Shown here piece by piece: positions 1-47,008 of a stretch of 64,000 bases of DNA. The DNA comes from Nageia nagi (Eukaryota > Plantae > Pinophyta). The notes below the pieces were generated by a model, which was given only the letters and a program-made list of their open reading frames with translations, was not told the origin of the DNA and searched no databases. A program made the position numbers and the translations under genes. The stretch covers positions 135,098,001 through 135,162,000 of the forward strand of contig JBITNC010000001.1 in assembly GCA_050084985.1 (NCBI GenBank), written 5' to 3'. Position 1 is the stretch's first letter. Each line of letters begins with the position of its first letter.

Positions 1-3000
1 TGGATAAATGTCACCATATGAAGGAATTTAAACATCATATGGCCTTTATTTAGGATAATAATTAACAATTTACCCATAACTCTATTAAGTTTCTTGGATA
101 GTTAGAAGACACTTGGGATATTATGGAAATTATGAACCTCAATAGGTCCTCATGATTTTTTTCTCATAAAATGTAAGAGGATTGATGGATAAAATTCAAA
201 AATAAGTGATTCATAATGAGTTGGTGAATACCACTCAATCATCTAGTAATATAAATTTTCTCTATTTGAAAGAAGTTAGAATAATTGATTTCATTTTGCA
301 TAGTACCTATAATTTCCTTTGGCTATGTAGCAATATTCATGCCACTAATCATTCCCTTGGAAAAGGAGCAATCACTTTCATTGCACCTAAGTGGTACTTA
401 AATATAGTGATATGGAAAGTTAACTCTTCAAATCAAGCAGCTTAAACACCACTTCAGATAGATGGGCCACCTTTTGGTATTATCAATATTTATGCTTTGA
501 ATGATAATCATGACAAATGCACCCTTTGGTATTGGCTTATCTTTTTTATGCCACAATATGGGTGCTTTGTGGTGATTTAAACATGATTGAGAAATGTTAT
601 GATAAAATATGGTAGCTTCTCATACAATGGAATGTTAGGGAATATGAGGCCTAATTATTTATATGAAAAATAAGCTTTGGATTTTTTATCCCAATACTTA
701 TATTTTACCTTATCATTTTCTCGGATCCATCTGTTTTACTTGGTCCAATTTCCAAGAAGACCATGATCAAGTTTTAAAGTGATTAGATAAAGTCATTCTT
801 ACTAAAAAAATATAGCTTCAACTTTAATTGTATTTTCCCCTCTATACCTTTTATGTTTTCCATTTTTTATACCATTTTATTTTATCATATTCCTATTTTC
901 TTTAATGTAGTTTCAAGTTCACTTTTTCCCTATTGCTTTCATTCTCATTTCCATTTAAATATACCTTTTATTTAACATTTAAGCATGAAGGCTCACATTT
1001 GCAAAATTTATAATCTTGTCCCTAGGAATTTTGGTTATGTAGTTTAGATTTCTTGGTGGAATGATGAAATTTTTTGTACAACCACCCTTATACGTACTCT
1101 CAAGGTGGAAGCAACTAAGTAAAAAAGATAATTGAAACTATCACTCTTAAAGTAAAGTTGGTGAAATCCTTTATCTATCTTGAATTTTATCCTTTTAGTT
1201 CTTCTTTGCAAGATCATGTTATCAACTTACATCATATGAACTTAGGAAGGTTGATCTCTATGAAGATTGTGCAGCTCAAATTCTAGCAAGACCACATTGG
1301 CTTAACATTTGTGAGGAAATATTTAGGACTATGTTATGCAAAATATGGAGAAAATGATTGCTTATTAGACTACCAAAAAAATTTCTTTATTAGGAATATT
1401 TCGTATTTTTTCTAAGGTTCTTGCTAAGTACTACTAATGTATATTATTATTCTTATTTGGTTCCATCGAAGAATTGCTACCAAAGGTTGAAGAAGCTTTT
1501 GAGAGATTTTCTATGAGAAAATATTTCCCAAAAAAAAGGGATTTTATAGAGTTTCTTGAAATATTTATTGTCTTTCTAAGAACTTTGGTGGCATGGGCCT
1601 TTTTTATTACCAATATCAAGGGTTAAAAAGGTTATTACAACTTTGAAGGAATTTGAGGCTTGAAATTTTTTTATATACCATTGCATATCAAAAAGTCTCC
1701 CCCATGGGAAGCAAGTTTGGCAAGGTCTTTCCTTACAAACTATTCTCATTGCTTCAGTCCATGTTAAGATAAAGGGTTCTTTTATCATTAAGAGTATTTT
1801 AAGAGACATCTCTCAAATTGTGGCTCTATTGGAAAGGGGAAGGTTGCAAAAAGGGTCTTCTATTTTAACCATCAATTTTTGGTGGTCACTTGTAATTATT
1901 TTCCAATGTCTCCCTTTAGCTATAAATTTCAATGAATTCATGCTCAACTATTCTATAACAAAGCAATTGCTTCCATTTCTACATTTTTGTCCTTTTAAAC
2001 CAAGAACTAGATTCCTTAGGAGTTATTTATATAGATGTATAGCCTAAAACCTGATGATAAGCATACATATGATGTGGTGCTTGATAGTATCCCTTTATCT
2101 TTATAGCCCAAATTGTGAAGTATTTTTAGAAACCTTGGTGGTTTGATTTGAGTTCGCACAAGAATTTTCCCATACTTCAATACAAAGATTATTTGGGATA
2201 TTCTTAGCTTTCTTTGCATTTGCCTATGGCTTCTAAGATCGATGAGCATCATAATCTTATTTTCCCTCCATCGAGGTAGAGTCTTCACTTCAAGATGGTT
2301 TTGGCTTTATACATTGAACCAAAATCAGTATTTTTTGCTTTGAGTCTTTTCTTATAAGAACTTCCTATTAGAAAGAGATTTAAATATCTAGGTGTCGAGA
2401 ATCTTGCGTATTGTATTTGTAGTGAACCTAAAGATTTTCTCCATTTATTTTGGCTTTGTAGGAAAGTTAGATCTGCCTAAGAATGGTTGGAAACCTTATT
2501 TAGACCTTTTATGCCCAACTTCTTTTCTTGGGTGCATGTTCTTCATGAGTATCCTCCTAATTTTTCCAAGCCTTTGATGAAAGTGTGGAACATATTTAGG
2601 ATTGATATACCTTTTCACCTTTGGAAGACTTGTAATAAAAGTTTTTTTTTCCCAAAATGAGGTTTCTAATCTTTTCTCATTGGTTGAAAAGTACACAATT
2701 TTCTATGATTCTTGGTTATAGATCAATCTTTAGGTGGAGAAGGTCAACATGGAGATACAACACTTACACAACCTCATGGATCATTAGGGCAATGTGTAAT
2801 GTGCAGTTAGCCAAGTCCCTCTTAACTCATCCATAAGAGAACATTGCAAATCTCCAAGGTCTTTCAAATTGTGATCCTGGTAACGATTGTCATTACTTGC
2901 AAAAACTGCCTATATAAAGAAGAAGTGATCCCAACCATCCCCTTTTGGTAAATGTGTTGATGCAGGTGGTTCTAGCTCTAGTTCTTCCTAACATGATTAT

Positions 3001-3200
3001 TTTTGAGCTAGTAGTCATGGGGGCATCCCTCCTTCTGATGGCAATAATGATTTTAGCGATAATAGCTTTTGTATTAATAATGATGATGGATGATGTATTC
3101 CAATACTTCCTAATGAAGATTGGTATTACATTAATTAAAATGAAGATCCCCTATCATTCCACTCACCTAATACATAAATTATTATATAGTTGATTAACTT
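1..3200 (+). mobile_element. Degenerate L1-like LINE remnant (endonuclease, RT-adjacent and zf-RVT-like 3' regions)
   Basis: ~485-590 reads NIYALNDNHDKCTLWYW...VLCGDLNMIE (APE endonuclease NVYAP/GDFN motifs); ~2350-2460 has a Cys/His zf-RVT-like stretch; many stops; homologous to 7800-10750. Boundaries approximate. Confidence 0.6.
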
Positions 3201-4601
3201 GTTCTTTTAATGTTTGTTGGATAAATTTCCTAAATTTTTTGTATTTTTTAATCCAAATAGAATTAGTATGATTAACCACTAAAATGTTTTCAATCTACTA
3301 TTTTATTTATGTAAAAATATTTATGTTCTTTTAAGATAATTAACGTTTTCATTATTAGAAAACAAAAGAATCCAAAGTCGAGATTTGAAACAAGCAGAAT
3401 AGTTACGATCTAAAACGTGCAAAATAGGCTGCCGACAACCAATAGCTGGCATCATAAGAATCTTTAAATGCTATGGCGCCGCTTCTATATATCATCCATG
3501 TGAGAATTGAAATTCGAAAGCGGACTTTGCTTGCACTTTCTCCATCCCTGACCAGACTTCAATGTTATGATTCATTGTATTTAGTTTTCCTTGACTACAG
3601 AATTTTGGTCATAGATTTTGGAACGATAAGGTTTGAACAAGCGAAGATGAGCCGATAAATACAATAAATTACTGTTCTCCTTCTAAATCTATTTTCTCCT
3701 TAAATTTATCCTCTGTCTTTCTTCAAAACATAATAGCTATCTACAGATTATTTATTGATACCATGTTGTAAAAAGCTACCTGCAATATTAAAGGGTGATT
3801 TATTGACAACCATGGGACCAGTTTGCTGAAAATACTTCCTGAAATTTCTGGGACCATGTTGTGAGAGCTGAAAACAATGAAGATTGCTGAACAGTGAACT
3901 GTGACTCAAATTTAGGATAACTCAAGTTTTAAGATACTACATATTACAGAGTTGAAGTTAAATATTTGTAGAATAGATTAACTTAGTACAAGATCACACT
4001 GTAGAGTATCTGATCTTATTGCAAAAGATATCTTACAGTGTAGAATAACCGAGTACAAATCTTAAGATGAAATATGTGTTGTGTTTTTTTATCTTATTAC
4101 AATTCATAAAGAAGTTAACTTTTGTTAATCTTAAAATCTTGTAGTGAACTATTCTATACTATGATCTTTTGTTTTTATTATAACTCACAACCAGTTAGCT
4201 TCAATTTACTTCAGGTATTAATTAATTGAATAAATGCTTAACAAATAGTAGTTTCTGTGACTCGAATTCTACGAGTCTAAAGTGTACTGAATTCGCAGTG
4301 CAACTACCAGATGAATACGCCTCCGTAGAGTTGGTAATGCTGTGCATGGCGCTATAATATGCAATGTCATTTCCAAGGCGTTAACATTAATATTAACGTA
4401 GAAAAACTTGTCAAACATTTATTCATCTTATGTTGACACTAAACGGTATTCTTCCAGTTGGTCTGCGAGGAATTTAAGTTGCGCCCTTGATTGCGTTCAG
4501 TTCGTGTCTGACTTTTTCAGGCTTAAAAATTTAGGTTACTTATTTTCAGATTGATATTGAACTCTAGAGGCAGTTCTGAGATCCGGCATCGCCAATTGAT
4601 A

Positions 4602-37354
<32,753 letters not shown>

Positions 37355-38427
37355 ACTTGTGCAAACTGGGTGGCTTGAGATGAAGTCAAACCTTTTTTAT
37401 GGCAAGATTGTCGATGTAATCTCATTGTGTTTCACCTACAAGCATTTTCCACACCTGAGATTTTTATACGTTGAGTGTCACAAACATCATATCTTTACTC
37501 TGCAAAATCAGTTCTAAACAATACTGGCCTTTCCTGTGTTTTGAGATATTCTATGCCTTTACATGAATAAAGGAATGAATTAAGATGCGAGGAATTTCAA
37601 TTGAGATTACTTTGTACATTTTGATAGGGGAAAGGGATGATGCCTTAATAGGTACCAACAGTGGATATATGTGTGGTTCAATTATTGCTTAAAAAGATTT
37701 TATACAGAAACAGAAAACAATTGCACAACCATCAGTGCGTTGCATTTGGATAAATGGAAGGGATCAGATAGTGTGTGTAATGCAATATCAGCTATAACTG
37801 ATTGTTTTGCCACATTTTAAACTACATGTGGCCAAAACATATTAAATTATTCAGACTTGTACCTAGCTATGAAGAAAAAACTCTTTTAAGCCTTTGGTCG
37901 AGTGTCAGCCTATGCACAATCATATAATAAAACCAAAAACCACCAAACTGTATGAAAGTAAAATGTAGATTACATTAAAGAACAAGAAAGTCGCATCTCC
38001 ACTGCTTTGTCATTGATATTGTAGAAACCCACTGTTACTCATATCAGCTGTGCAGTTTTCAACAGATCAAGTTATAGATAATCTTGACTATAGATGCAAT
38101 TAAGAGAATCTAGATGCAGTTTTAGTAACGGGTGATGCTTTGATTATTTTTAGATGCACAAATCTATGTTTTTGCACAATTGGTCTTGATTGATCGCTAG
38201 TGGATTCATTCTTGTACATTTTGTTTGCTTACAATTATATATAATTTTTTTCATGATTGGTGCAATAGCTATAAAAGGAAAAAGCCACCAAAACAGGGGT
38301 GCAATTCTTGATAATGTAGGCAAGTGATGCAAGGGAGGATAGAAAAGTTGTGAAATTTTCCCTGTTGCTAAGAGGATCATCTTGTGAGATGGTGAATAAA
38401 TTGGCTTGTGGAAGTTACAATTAACAA

Positions 38428-38532
38428 TGTAAAGATCAATGGCATGAGACAAATGCTGCCGTTGTAAAGATCAATGGCATGAGACAAATGCTGCCGTTGT
38501 AAAGATCAATGGCATGAGACAAATGCTGCCGT
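38428..38532. repeat. Three perfect tandem copies of a 35-bp unit
   Basis: TGTAAAGATCAATGGCATGAGACAAATGCTGCCGT x3. Confidence 0.95.
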
Positions 38533-38730
38533 TTTAAAAAACTATGGACCAAACGTTTATACAGGGACCGAAAGCTAGGGTGATATGCTCATAATTTGCC
38601 AAAAATAACCACCATAAATTAGTAAGAGAAGATTGTGAAGTAGGTTTTTGACAACCAGTGACCAGTGCATTGTGAAGGTCTCTCTTGGGGGAGGTCATAC
38701 AAAACCTGGGTAGTCCGGTTCAAAGCAGAG

Positions 38731-38805
38731 TCACCATGATCTGGTTGTTTTAGATTTTCGAGGGTTTCACCATGATTTGGTTGTTTTAGATTTTTGAGGG
38801 TTTCA
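38731..38805. repeat. 36-bp tandem duplication
   Basis: TCACCATGAT(C/T)TGGTTGTTTTAGATTTT(C/T)GAGGGTT x2. Confidence 0.85.
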
Positions 38806-40317
38806 ACAGGAAGAGTGTTGTTAATGTAAGGCATTCCGGTTTCCTTACCTTATAGTGTTAACTCGCAAAATGCGTATGAATCTACCAGCTATGGGCTCAC
38901 AGAAATTTGTAAGGTAATGTAGTTGGATATGAAAACTGAGAGTGATGTTCATTATTTTTTTAAATTAATGCAAGTGTATGCATCATGAGACATTTACCTA
39001 TTATACAAGATGTCTAGGTTGGATATGGATGCCTCTTAACCTTTGCCTCCTATACAGCTTTAAAACAGAATCGAGATGACTCAGCTTGGCTCGATTCAAG
39101 AAATGGTTCAAACATGAAAGGCATCCAAGTATCCATTTGGAGTATCCATGGATGATTAGCAATACGGATGCTTCTTTTGTTTGGAGAAGTTTCGCTATCT
39201 TGATTGTCCGAGATGCTTTGTGTATGGGTTAGTCGTTTTGTCAGCGTTTAGATGCCATGGTCTCGATAAAATCTCTAGAACTTTTGTGCATGTACTCTAA
39301 CACGGTATGCGAGATACGAGGAGCACATGGACGTGTGTTTTTTCGGCTTACGTGGTGTCGGGTTGCCACCAGTTTAAAGTGGGGGAGAATATGAAAGGGT
39401 AAGCTCCAATGGATGGTGGAGGCTAGGTAGGCCGATGTGCATCCATGGCCTACCCAGGGATGATGGACATGGTGGATTGTTGATAGCCTTAGTTTCTCAA
39501 CCCACATCTCGGAGCCTAGAGGGTGTGCGTTGATGGGATGATTCCTGTGGATCAATGCCTACAGTGGGGTGGTTCACCTAAGCCATGTCAAGCCCATACC
39601 ATGGAAGGCTAGATGTACTCAAGGGTCGTTTAGGCGTTCTTGTATGGATGCCTCTAGCCCTATCCATGGAGCGTGAGCCGGAAGCCTGTTAGGGGGTCCA
39701 GGCCATGTCCTCCTAGGGCGGTCATGGATAGATCAGACAAGTTCCGAGCGGTCCACAGCCGTTTCGCTAGGCTAGGTTAGTGCCTATGGTTGGAACCATT
39801 ATAGATTATAGAAGGATTTGGGATCAATGCGTTTCAACAACTAAATTCTAATGCTTTAGAATTTGAGAGATGTGTAAGCGTTAGTTAGATATTGCAAATG
39901 CATGCCAAACAATATAAACCACATATCCAACCATTGTAAACATCCAAGCATGGATGAAATTTTAAGAAAAAACAAGGAAAATTAGAGATCTACAAACATA
40001 AGTCACAAAAAACTTACATATTATTTAATAAAGAGTAGAAAAGGATGTTCCAAAAATAATATAATAAAGTCCATTAGGCAATATTATATTTCTAGCACCT
40101 CTAGGAGATTGAATAGAGAAAGCATTGAAGATATAGGGGAAGGATGGTGTTGTGATCGAACACTTCCCTTAAATTGCAACTTTGGAAACCCAAATACCAT
40201 TATAAATTTTCACATATGTAGTCTTGATCTAGTGCCTTGCTTAAAATATGAGCAACATTTTCCTTTTAAGGAATATATTGATGCTCCTTCACACATGGCC
40301 AAATTTAATGAATATTG

Positions 40318-43300
40318 TGTTAGTATTCACTATATAAAAATATAGTTGAACAATTAATGTACTTTAAACCAAAATAAAATAAAGAATAAGATCACACAAA
40401 CAAAAGATGACAAATTATGTAACGTGGTTCATCCAATATGGCTTACATCCTGAGGAATATCTAGTTCTTGATTACATCGGTCCAAGCCATCAAAAGGAAA
40501 CAACCAACCACCAAACCATTGTACCTTCTTTTTTTGGTTCTTTCAAGGAATCCTCACTACAAAAGTCTCTTTCCCAAGGATTTACCTCCTCTTCTTACTC
40601 CTCACACCTATGGAAATTATATTCCTATGATCTTACCATCCCCATGCTCTTTTACAATTTTCTTTTTTACATTTATAGATTCATACAATCCTAATTATTT
40701 ATTTTAGTACTTTTAATTAGACTAATTTTACACTTACAAAATTCACCACCCAAAGCAACCTCAAGTTCACACACTTATAATAACCCAAGAGAGAGTTTCC
40801 AACATCAAAATAGAGTTTTCCCATCTTTGGTTTACAATTGACCACCATCAGGTCGATTGGGTTGTTGAGATCAACTATCAGAAAGTTGATTGCAACGCAT
40901 CCTCCGATCGATCGATCAATTGGCATGATTGGCCACTTGTCCATCAATTGGACCCTGATCATCCCCCTTCTTACTGATTACACCTGCTGATCAGCCCTAT
41001 GCATGTTGATTGCGAAGTAGAGAGTTGAAAATATCACTTAGCCAAAAAGTTAAGCTCCATTCCTAACAATCACCCACTTGAAGATTGATTCCGATGCAAC
41101 ACCTTGCAACTCTGGACTGAATATTCTCATCTTGACCTCTGTTTCTTAAGACCAACCCAATTCCTCCTTTGCAACTACCTTTGCATTTAGCTTTGAGAAC
41201 ATATCCCTTGTCACTTCTTCACAAAATCCTTTACTTTGATTTTTCCTGAACCTCAACTAGTTCACACCTCCTACTCCATGGGCCATACTAATGTCCTGTA
41301 GCAAACACTTTTATCTCAAGCCCTTCCTTATACAATTCTTGATCTCTTTCCTCCGATTTCATCCTACATACACACACATCATGCAAACCTTCCATATATG
41401 GAGGTAACTTATTCATCCCAATCTCCCACTTCTTCATGGTTTCCTTTTGCACACCTTTTTCAAAACACTCACCACCATCATTACAACACATAAGAAATTG
41501 CAGGTAAATAACGATGTACCTTTTTACATCTTCTAACATCCCTTTTGGAGTTTACAAATCTTGATGTTGAACAATTTTCTTGCACCTTTGGTATCCATCT
41601 CTTCTTCTTGGAAACAACCTTCTCATCCTTGAGGAATATCATCCTCCTTTGCTTTTCACAAAATCACAATTCATTCTTTTTCACATTCCTAAGCCTATAG
41701 TGTCCCATAATTACATTTTACCTATAGAGGCTAAGTCTATAACATCATTGTAAGTGTTAGTAAGCAAATATAATGTACCAACCATATTACCTCTAACAAC
41801 AACCATGGAACCTTTAGTCAACTTCCAATCCTTATTACCAAATGCAACCATATAACCTTCAACATTTCCTAGGTGGGTAGGATTGGCATCAACTGCTCAC
41901 CTCATAAAGGGACTCTTATTTTTGGCTTGCTTACCCAACACAGCATAAGCTAGAGGTAATCAAGACCAAAAGGGGACAAATAACATACCATACTTAACAT
42001 ATCAATTAAAACAAAGAAGTCCATTTCACCATTGAAAATCGATTAGGTTCGAGAGAATTCAAATAAAGAAAAATGCTATAAAAGATGTATGCCAATATGT
42101 CGATATATGTTTTGGTATCACCTAGGGTTTTACTCTAAATGAACTAATAACACAAACATTTATTGAATGATATACCAAAATTAATTAACTCAAATAAACA
42201 TACATGAATAAAGGAATTCAACATTGTAGTAACAAAATAATAAAATTACATTGATGTCAAGATGTAAAATACAACTACATGCACTAAAGAGAAAAAAATT
42301 GTGTGAAAGATAAATACCTTGATGTCTTTACCTATGTTGATATTGAGGATATGATGAACAAACTTGTTGAAGATAGGTGACCTTGTTGTGCAAAACCAAT
42401 GCCAAATGTAGAGGAAATGCTAACGTAGGTATGGATCTTTGAGAGCTCAACATGGTAATAGACGTTAGCACAGGAACAAACATTCCTGAAGAATGATATC
42501 CACCAAAAAGGATCGATGATAATAGAGATGATGATAAGTAGCATCAAGCATATGATCATGGAAATGGATGATAGATATTCACTCAAGTGATAATAAGATT
42601 CCAATATCAATAGTTGGTATTCAGATACAACCACATGTAGATTACTGGCTATTGAGATGTAATCTTGATATGCTTTTCCCAGGTTAGATATAATTAAATT
42701 TATATCAAATATAAACTAAAATATCATATAGGAAGTTTTTTTAATGTTCTTCATGTAATATGTTAAACTTTTTCAAGCATGTTTATGATGTGCTTGATGG
42801 GGTTGGTTGTTCATACATAGATAACAATTTATATCAATACAAGAAAATATAAACGTTATATCTCAATCATATTACAAACAACACATAAAATAAATTTTAA
42901 TTCATTCAAAAATATATATAAATATTTTAAAGTCTTATCAATCTATTAATATGAATTCAAACAATTTATAAAGAATTATTTTTGGTATAGCAAAGAAACT
43001 ATAACTTAAGAAGATCAAATCTTATTTATAATTTAATAATATTTCTTCTTCTTTTTATCAATATTTTTTTTTTTTAATTTAAAACTAATAGCATATTTTA
43101 AAGTAATAGTCTTCAATTGATTAAAGTTATGTTTTTCATGCTCAATAGCTTTTAAAATTTAGATTATATAACTTTATCATTTTCATAACATTTTATCTAT
43201 TATTTTCATAACAATTTAATAACATTTATTTTTATTTACACTAAAATAAATTATAACATACCAAGATCAAATCTTATTGAATAGATAGACATAAATAATG

Positions 43301-46300
43301 CATTACAAATCCTATTAAAATATAAATCTCATATTCATTAAATCTCAAGCATATATCTAAAAATAATAATAATAAAGATATTAATATTCAAATATCTATG
43401 ATAATGTTTTAATTCATAGAGTACAATTCATGTTAAATAATATTTTCATAATATTAATATCTTTATTATTATTTTTAGATATATGAAAAATTAAATAATT
43501 TTAAATATTATCCTAATATTTGAAAAAAAAATAAAGAATATAATTAATAAAATTTGACTATATATTTAGATATATTACATATATTTGTAAGAAAATAGTA
43601 ATATTACATGTTAAATAATATATTAATATTATTAAAAGTAATTAAAATAAAAAATAAAATATTAAAAATTAATATTGTAATGTTTGAAAGATATAAAATT
43701 AGCAATTTATTACAAATATAAATTTGAATCTAACTAATTTATAACCTATAATTTAAATATTTTTAATGTAGAGTCAATAGTAACAAACACTAACAAAATG
43801 TAAGCTGGGGTACTTTAAACTTGAAGAACTAAAATAATATAAAGACAATATTCTTTTTTAATATAAACATGTTTTATTGAAATGCAAGTTGAGTTTAAAA
43901 TTGAAGAATTGAAATATTGAGATTGATGATATTATTTGTATATATGATTATACCAAAGACAGTGCATAACCTTGAAATACATAGTATATTATACTTCAAT
44001 TTCAAATTTAATCAAAAAGTTATTAGTTCAAGCTTCAATTTTAAATTTAATCAAAAAAATTGTTACTTCAAGCGTTGGTCCATCCATCAATACATAAACT
44101 TTCATATTAAAGAAGGGTATTTTACCATTATATTATGCAAGCATGAGATGTATCTATTTGAGTACTTTTTTTAGCACAAAGATGAGATGTTATCTGTTAG
44201 AAAATATATACTAGATTTTAGTGAAAATTCACATGAAATTGAAATTGAATTAGATTCTCTTATTTCTAAGGTTTTCTTCCAATGTATTTGTCTTTCTCTA
44301 TAATGGTTTGGTAAACTCCAGAAACTAATGAAGTTAATAACGAAATGCAAGAAATCAAAGCTTATTAGTTGAAAATCCATAGTAGTGCAAAATTATTAAT
44401 CAGCTGTTCATGATGAACATACAGATGGAGAAATATTTACTACAACTATAGGAATGCCTCTTAGAGTAATTACTAAACAACAAGTTTAAAAATTTACAAT
44501 TATAACTTTACAAATTTACAAGTTTACAAATTTTCAAGTTTACAAATTCACAAGTTTACAAGTTTACAAATTTACAAGTTTACAAATGTTGTAATATATA
44601 TTACTAAACAACAAGTTTACAAATAGAAGTACTTCCAAGTTGTAATATATATTACTAAACAACAAGTTTACAATTGTTATACTAACATTCTAAGTAGTTT
44701 ACAATTTTTATACATACAACAAGTTATTTCAAATGACTATAAATAATGGTAAAAGAGAATTTCAAGTAGCTAAGCCCCTAGACTATTATAATATGGTGTG
44801 ATGAAGTGATGGGGAAGGCATTTTAGAAGAAATAAAAATATTCCTATCCACTTCATATCATGTCTTTCATCTCTTGAGTATATCCTTTCATTGCTTAGAT
44901 CTAGTCCACTCCTTTTGTTTAGACTTTCATGTTTAAAGAGGACTTAATGGTTGTAACATAACTACTCATATTCAAATAAAATAAGATAACTAAAATAATA
45001 TTAAACATATTATATTTAGAGTACATACTCATGTTTCTTGAGTACAAGTTTACAATTATTGTAAAATAAATAAAATAAGCTTTGATGATTTTACTATGGA
45101 TCTTAATTCTATTAAAAATAATTATTTAAATGTGTAATTGATATATTTATATCTTGACAAACTTTGATACATCTTACCAAGTTTGCTTGTTGAAATGAGG
45201 TTTCTCTTCAAATATGGTATGTGCCTCACCTCCTTGAGTACCCATCGATTCCTGTTAAGCAATTTGATCTTGATCTTCCCCATCCCTACAATCATGCATG
45301 GTTGATCACTACCCAACAAAAACTGTCCAAAATCCCCTTGAATATAATCTATAAAATAATCCTTGTGAGGAGTAGCATGAAAAGAAACACTTGAATCTAT
45401 AACCCTATAATCATTATGTATATCAAATGACAAAATTAATACATCTTGTAAAATCTCACCAACCATATTAGCTTCTTGATTATTGCCTTCATTACCCTAT
45501 TTTCCATCTACCTTTTGAGATCAACACTCCTTTTTCAAGTGTCCCTTCTTCCCAAAATACCAACACTCCACATTACCTTTTCCTTTGGAGTTACCTTTTA
45601 ATTTTCCTTGATTTTGATTTCTACCTCTCTCCATCTATCTTCCCTTATTCTCAACAATTAATGCACCAAGATAGCTTATTGATTCACCTGTAGATTTCCT
45701 TCGCATATCCTCAGAAAGAAGTATGCCCACCACATCATCAAACTTCAACTTGTTAGAATATGAAGGAGAGTTACTTACCACCATTACCAAGTTGTTCCAA
45801 CTATCCAACAATGAACACAAAATCAACAAGGCCCTAATCTCATCATCAAAATCTAAACCCATTGAATGCAACTTATTAATAGTAGTATTAAAATCATTAA
45901 GTGGTATGAAATGGATCCTCCTTCAACTATTTGCTTATTAAATAACCTTTTCATGAGGAATATCTTATTAGAGGCTAAGGGTTTGTCATACAACATGATC
46001 AATTTTTCCATAACTTTCTTGATAGTCTTTTCACTTGATATGTTGAAAGCAATTGTGACTTCAAGATACAATCTCATTGTACCCAATCCTTTCTATAAAG
46101 GACATCCGACTTCTCATCCGACATAGTCAAAGGTTTCTTTGTCTTACCCTCAAGAGGTAGAAAAAGATTCTTTTGGTACAAGTAGTCCTCCATGTGCATC
46201 TTCCAAAACTAAAAATTTTTACCATTAAACTTTTCCACCCTAAACCTTCCTTCTTCTGCCATTGCTAGCACTCGATCTAGAACCTCTCCTCTCCTTTTTG

Positions 46301-47008
46301 TTAAGTTCACCCTAAAGCTATAATACCACTTTTTAGGATCCACATATAAATATAGTTGAGTAATTAATCTACTTTAAACTAGAAGGAAATAAGCAATAAG
46401 ATCACTCAAAGAAAAGATAACAAACTATGTAACGTGGTTCACCCAATGTGGGCTACATCTATAATGAATATTTTATCTTTGATTAAATCAATCCAATCCA
46501 TTAAAAGGAAATAACCAATAGCCAAACCAATTTACCTTCCTCTTTGGTTCTTACAATGAATCCTCATACATATGCAAATTCTATTCCCATAATCTTACCA
46601 TCCCCATCCTCTTTTACAAATAATTTTACATACTTTTATAGAATCATATAATCTTAATTTAGTACTTCTAGTTGGAGTAATTTTACACATATAGAATTCG
46701 CCACCCAAAGAAAACTTAAGTTCACACACTTAGAGTATCCCAAGAGCGAGTTTCCAACCTCAAAATAGAGTTTCCCTGTCTTTGGTTTATGATCGACCAC
46801 CATTAGGTCGATTGCGTTGTCGGGATTCATTGTCACAAGATCAATTGCAATTCCTCCTTTGATCAATTGATCTACTGGTGTGATCAACCACTTGTCCACT
46901 GATTGGACCTTGATTAGTCCCTACTTGCCAATTGCACCTGGATGCTGATTGTAAAATAAAGATATGAAAACATTGATTTGCCAAAAAACTCAAGCTCCAT
47001 TTCTAAAA
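40318..47008 (-). mobile_element. Non-autonomous Ty1/copia element (Tnt1/Tork-like gag-protease); LTRs 46331-47008 (5') and 40318-41068 (3')
   Basis: Diverged LTR pair; PBS-Met-like 46317-46328; PPT ~41069-41083; gag MAEEGRFRVEKFNG from 46263; decayed zinc knuckle ~45535-45575; protease VIDSSVSFH; TSD tattg/cattg; no IN/RT core seen. Confidence 0.82.
41868..45170. other. Unclassified ~3.3-kb AT-rich insertion in the copia protease region
   Basis: Copia reading (NLISTSKLG...EGYMVAF) is split here; contains a ~36-bp inverted repeat (43350-43388 / 43450-43485) and an ACAAGTTT-like 8-mer array (~44480-44670). Confidence 0.5.

Noticed and set aside
3900-4270. Weak fold-back (MITE or miRNA-like) upstream of SCPL
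   Set aside because: Pairing is too patchy by eye; no clear TIR or TSD.
4551-4601. ORF-track N-terminal extension of exon 1
   Set aside because: Begins at TTG; ATG 4602 directly precedes the signal-peptide-like segment.
38850-38940. Possible minus-strand exon (cag...AG|gtaag)
   Set aside because: Peptide FHIQLHYLTNFCEPIAGRFIRILRVNTI not recognised and no partner exons found.
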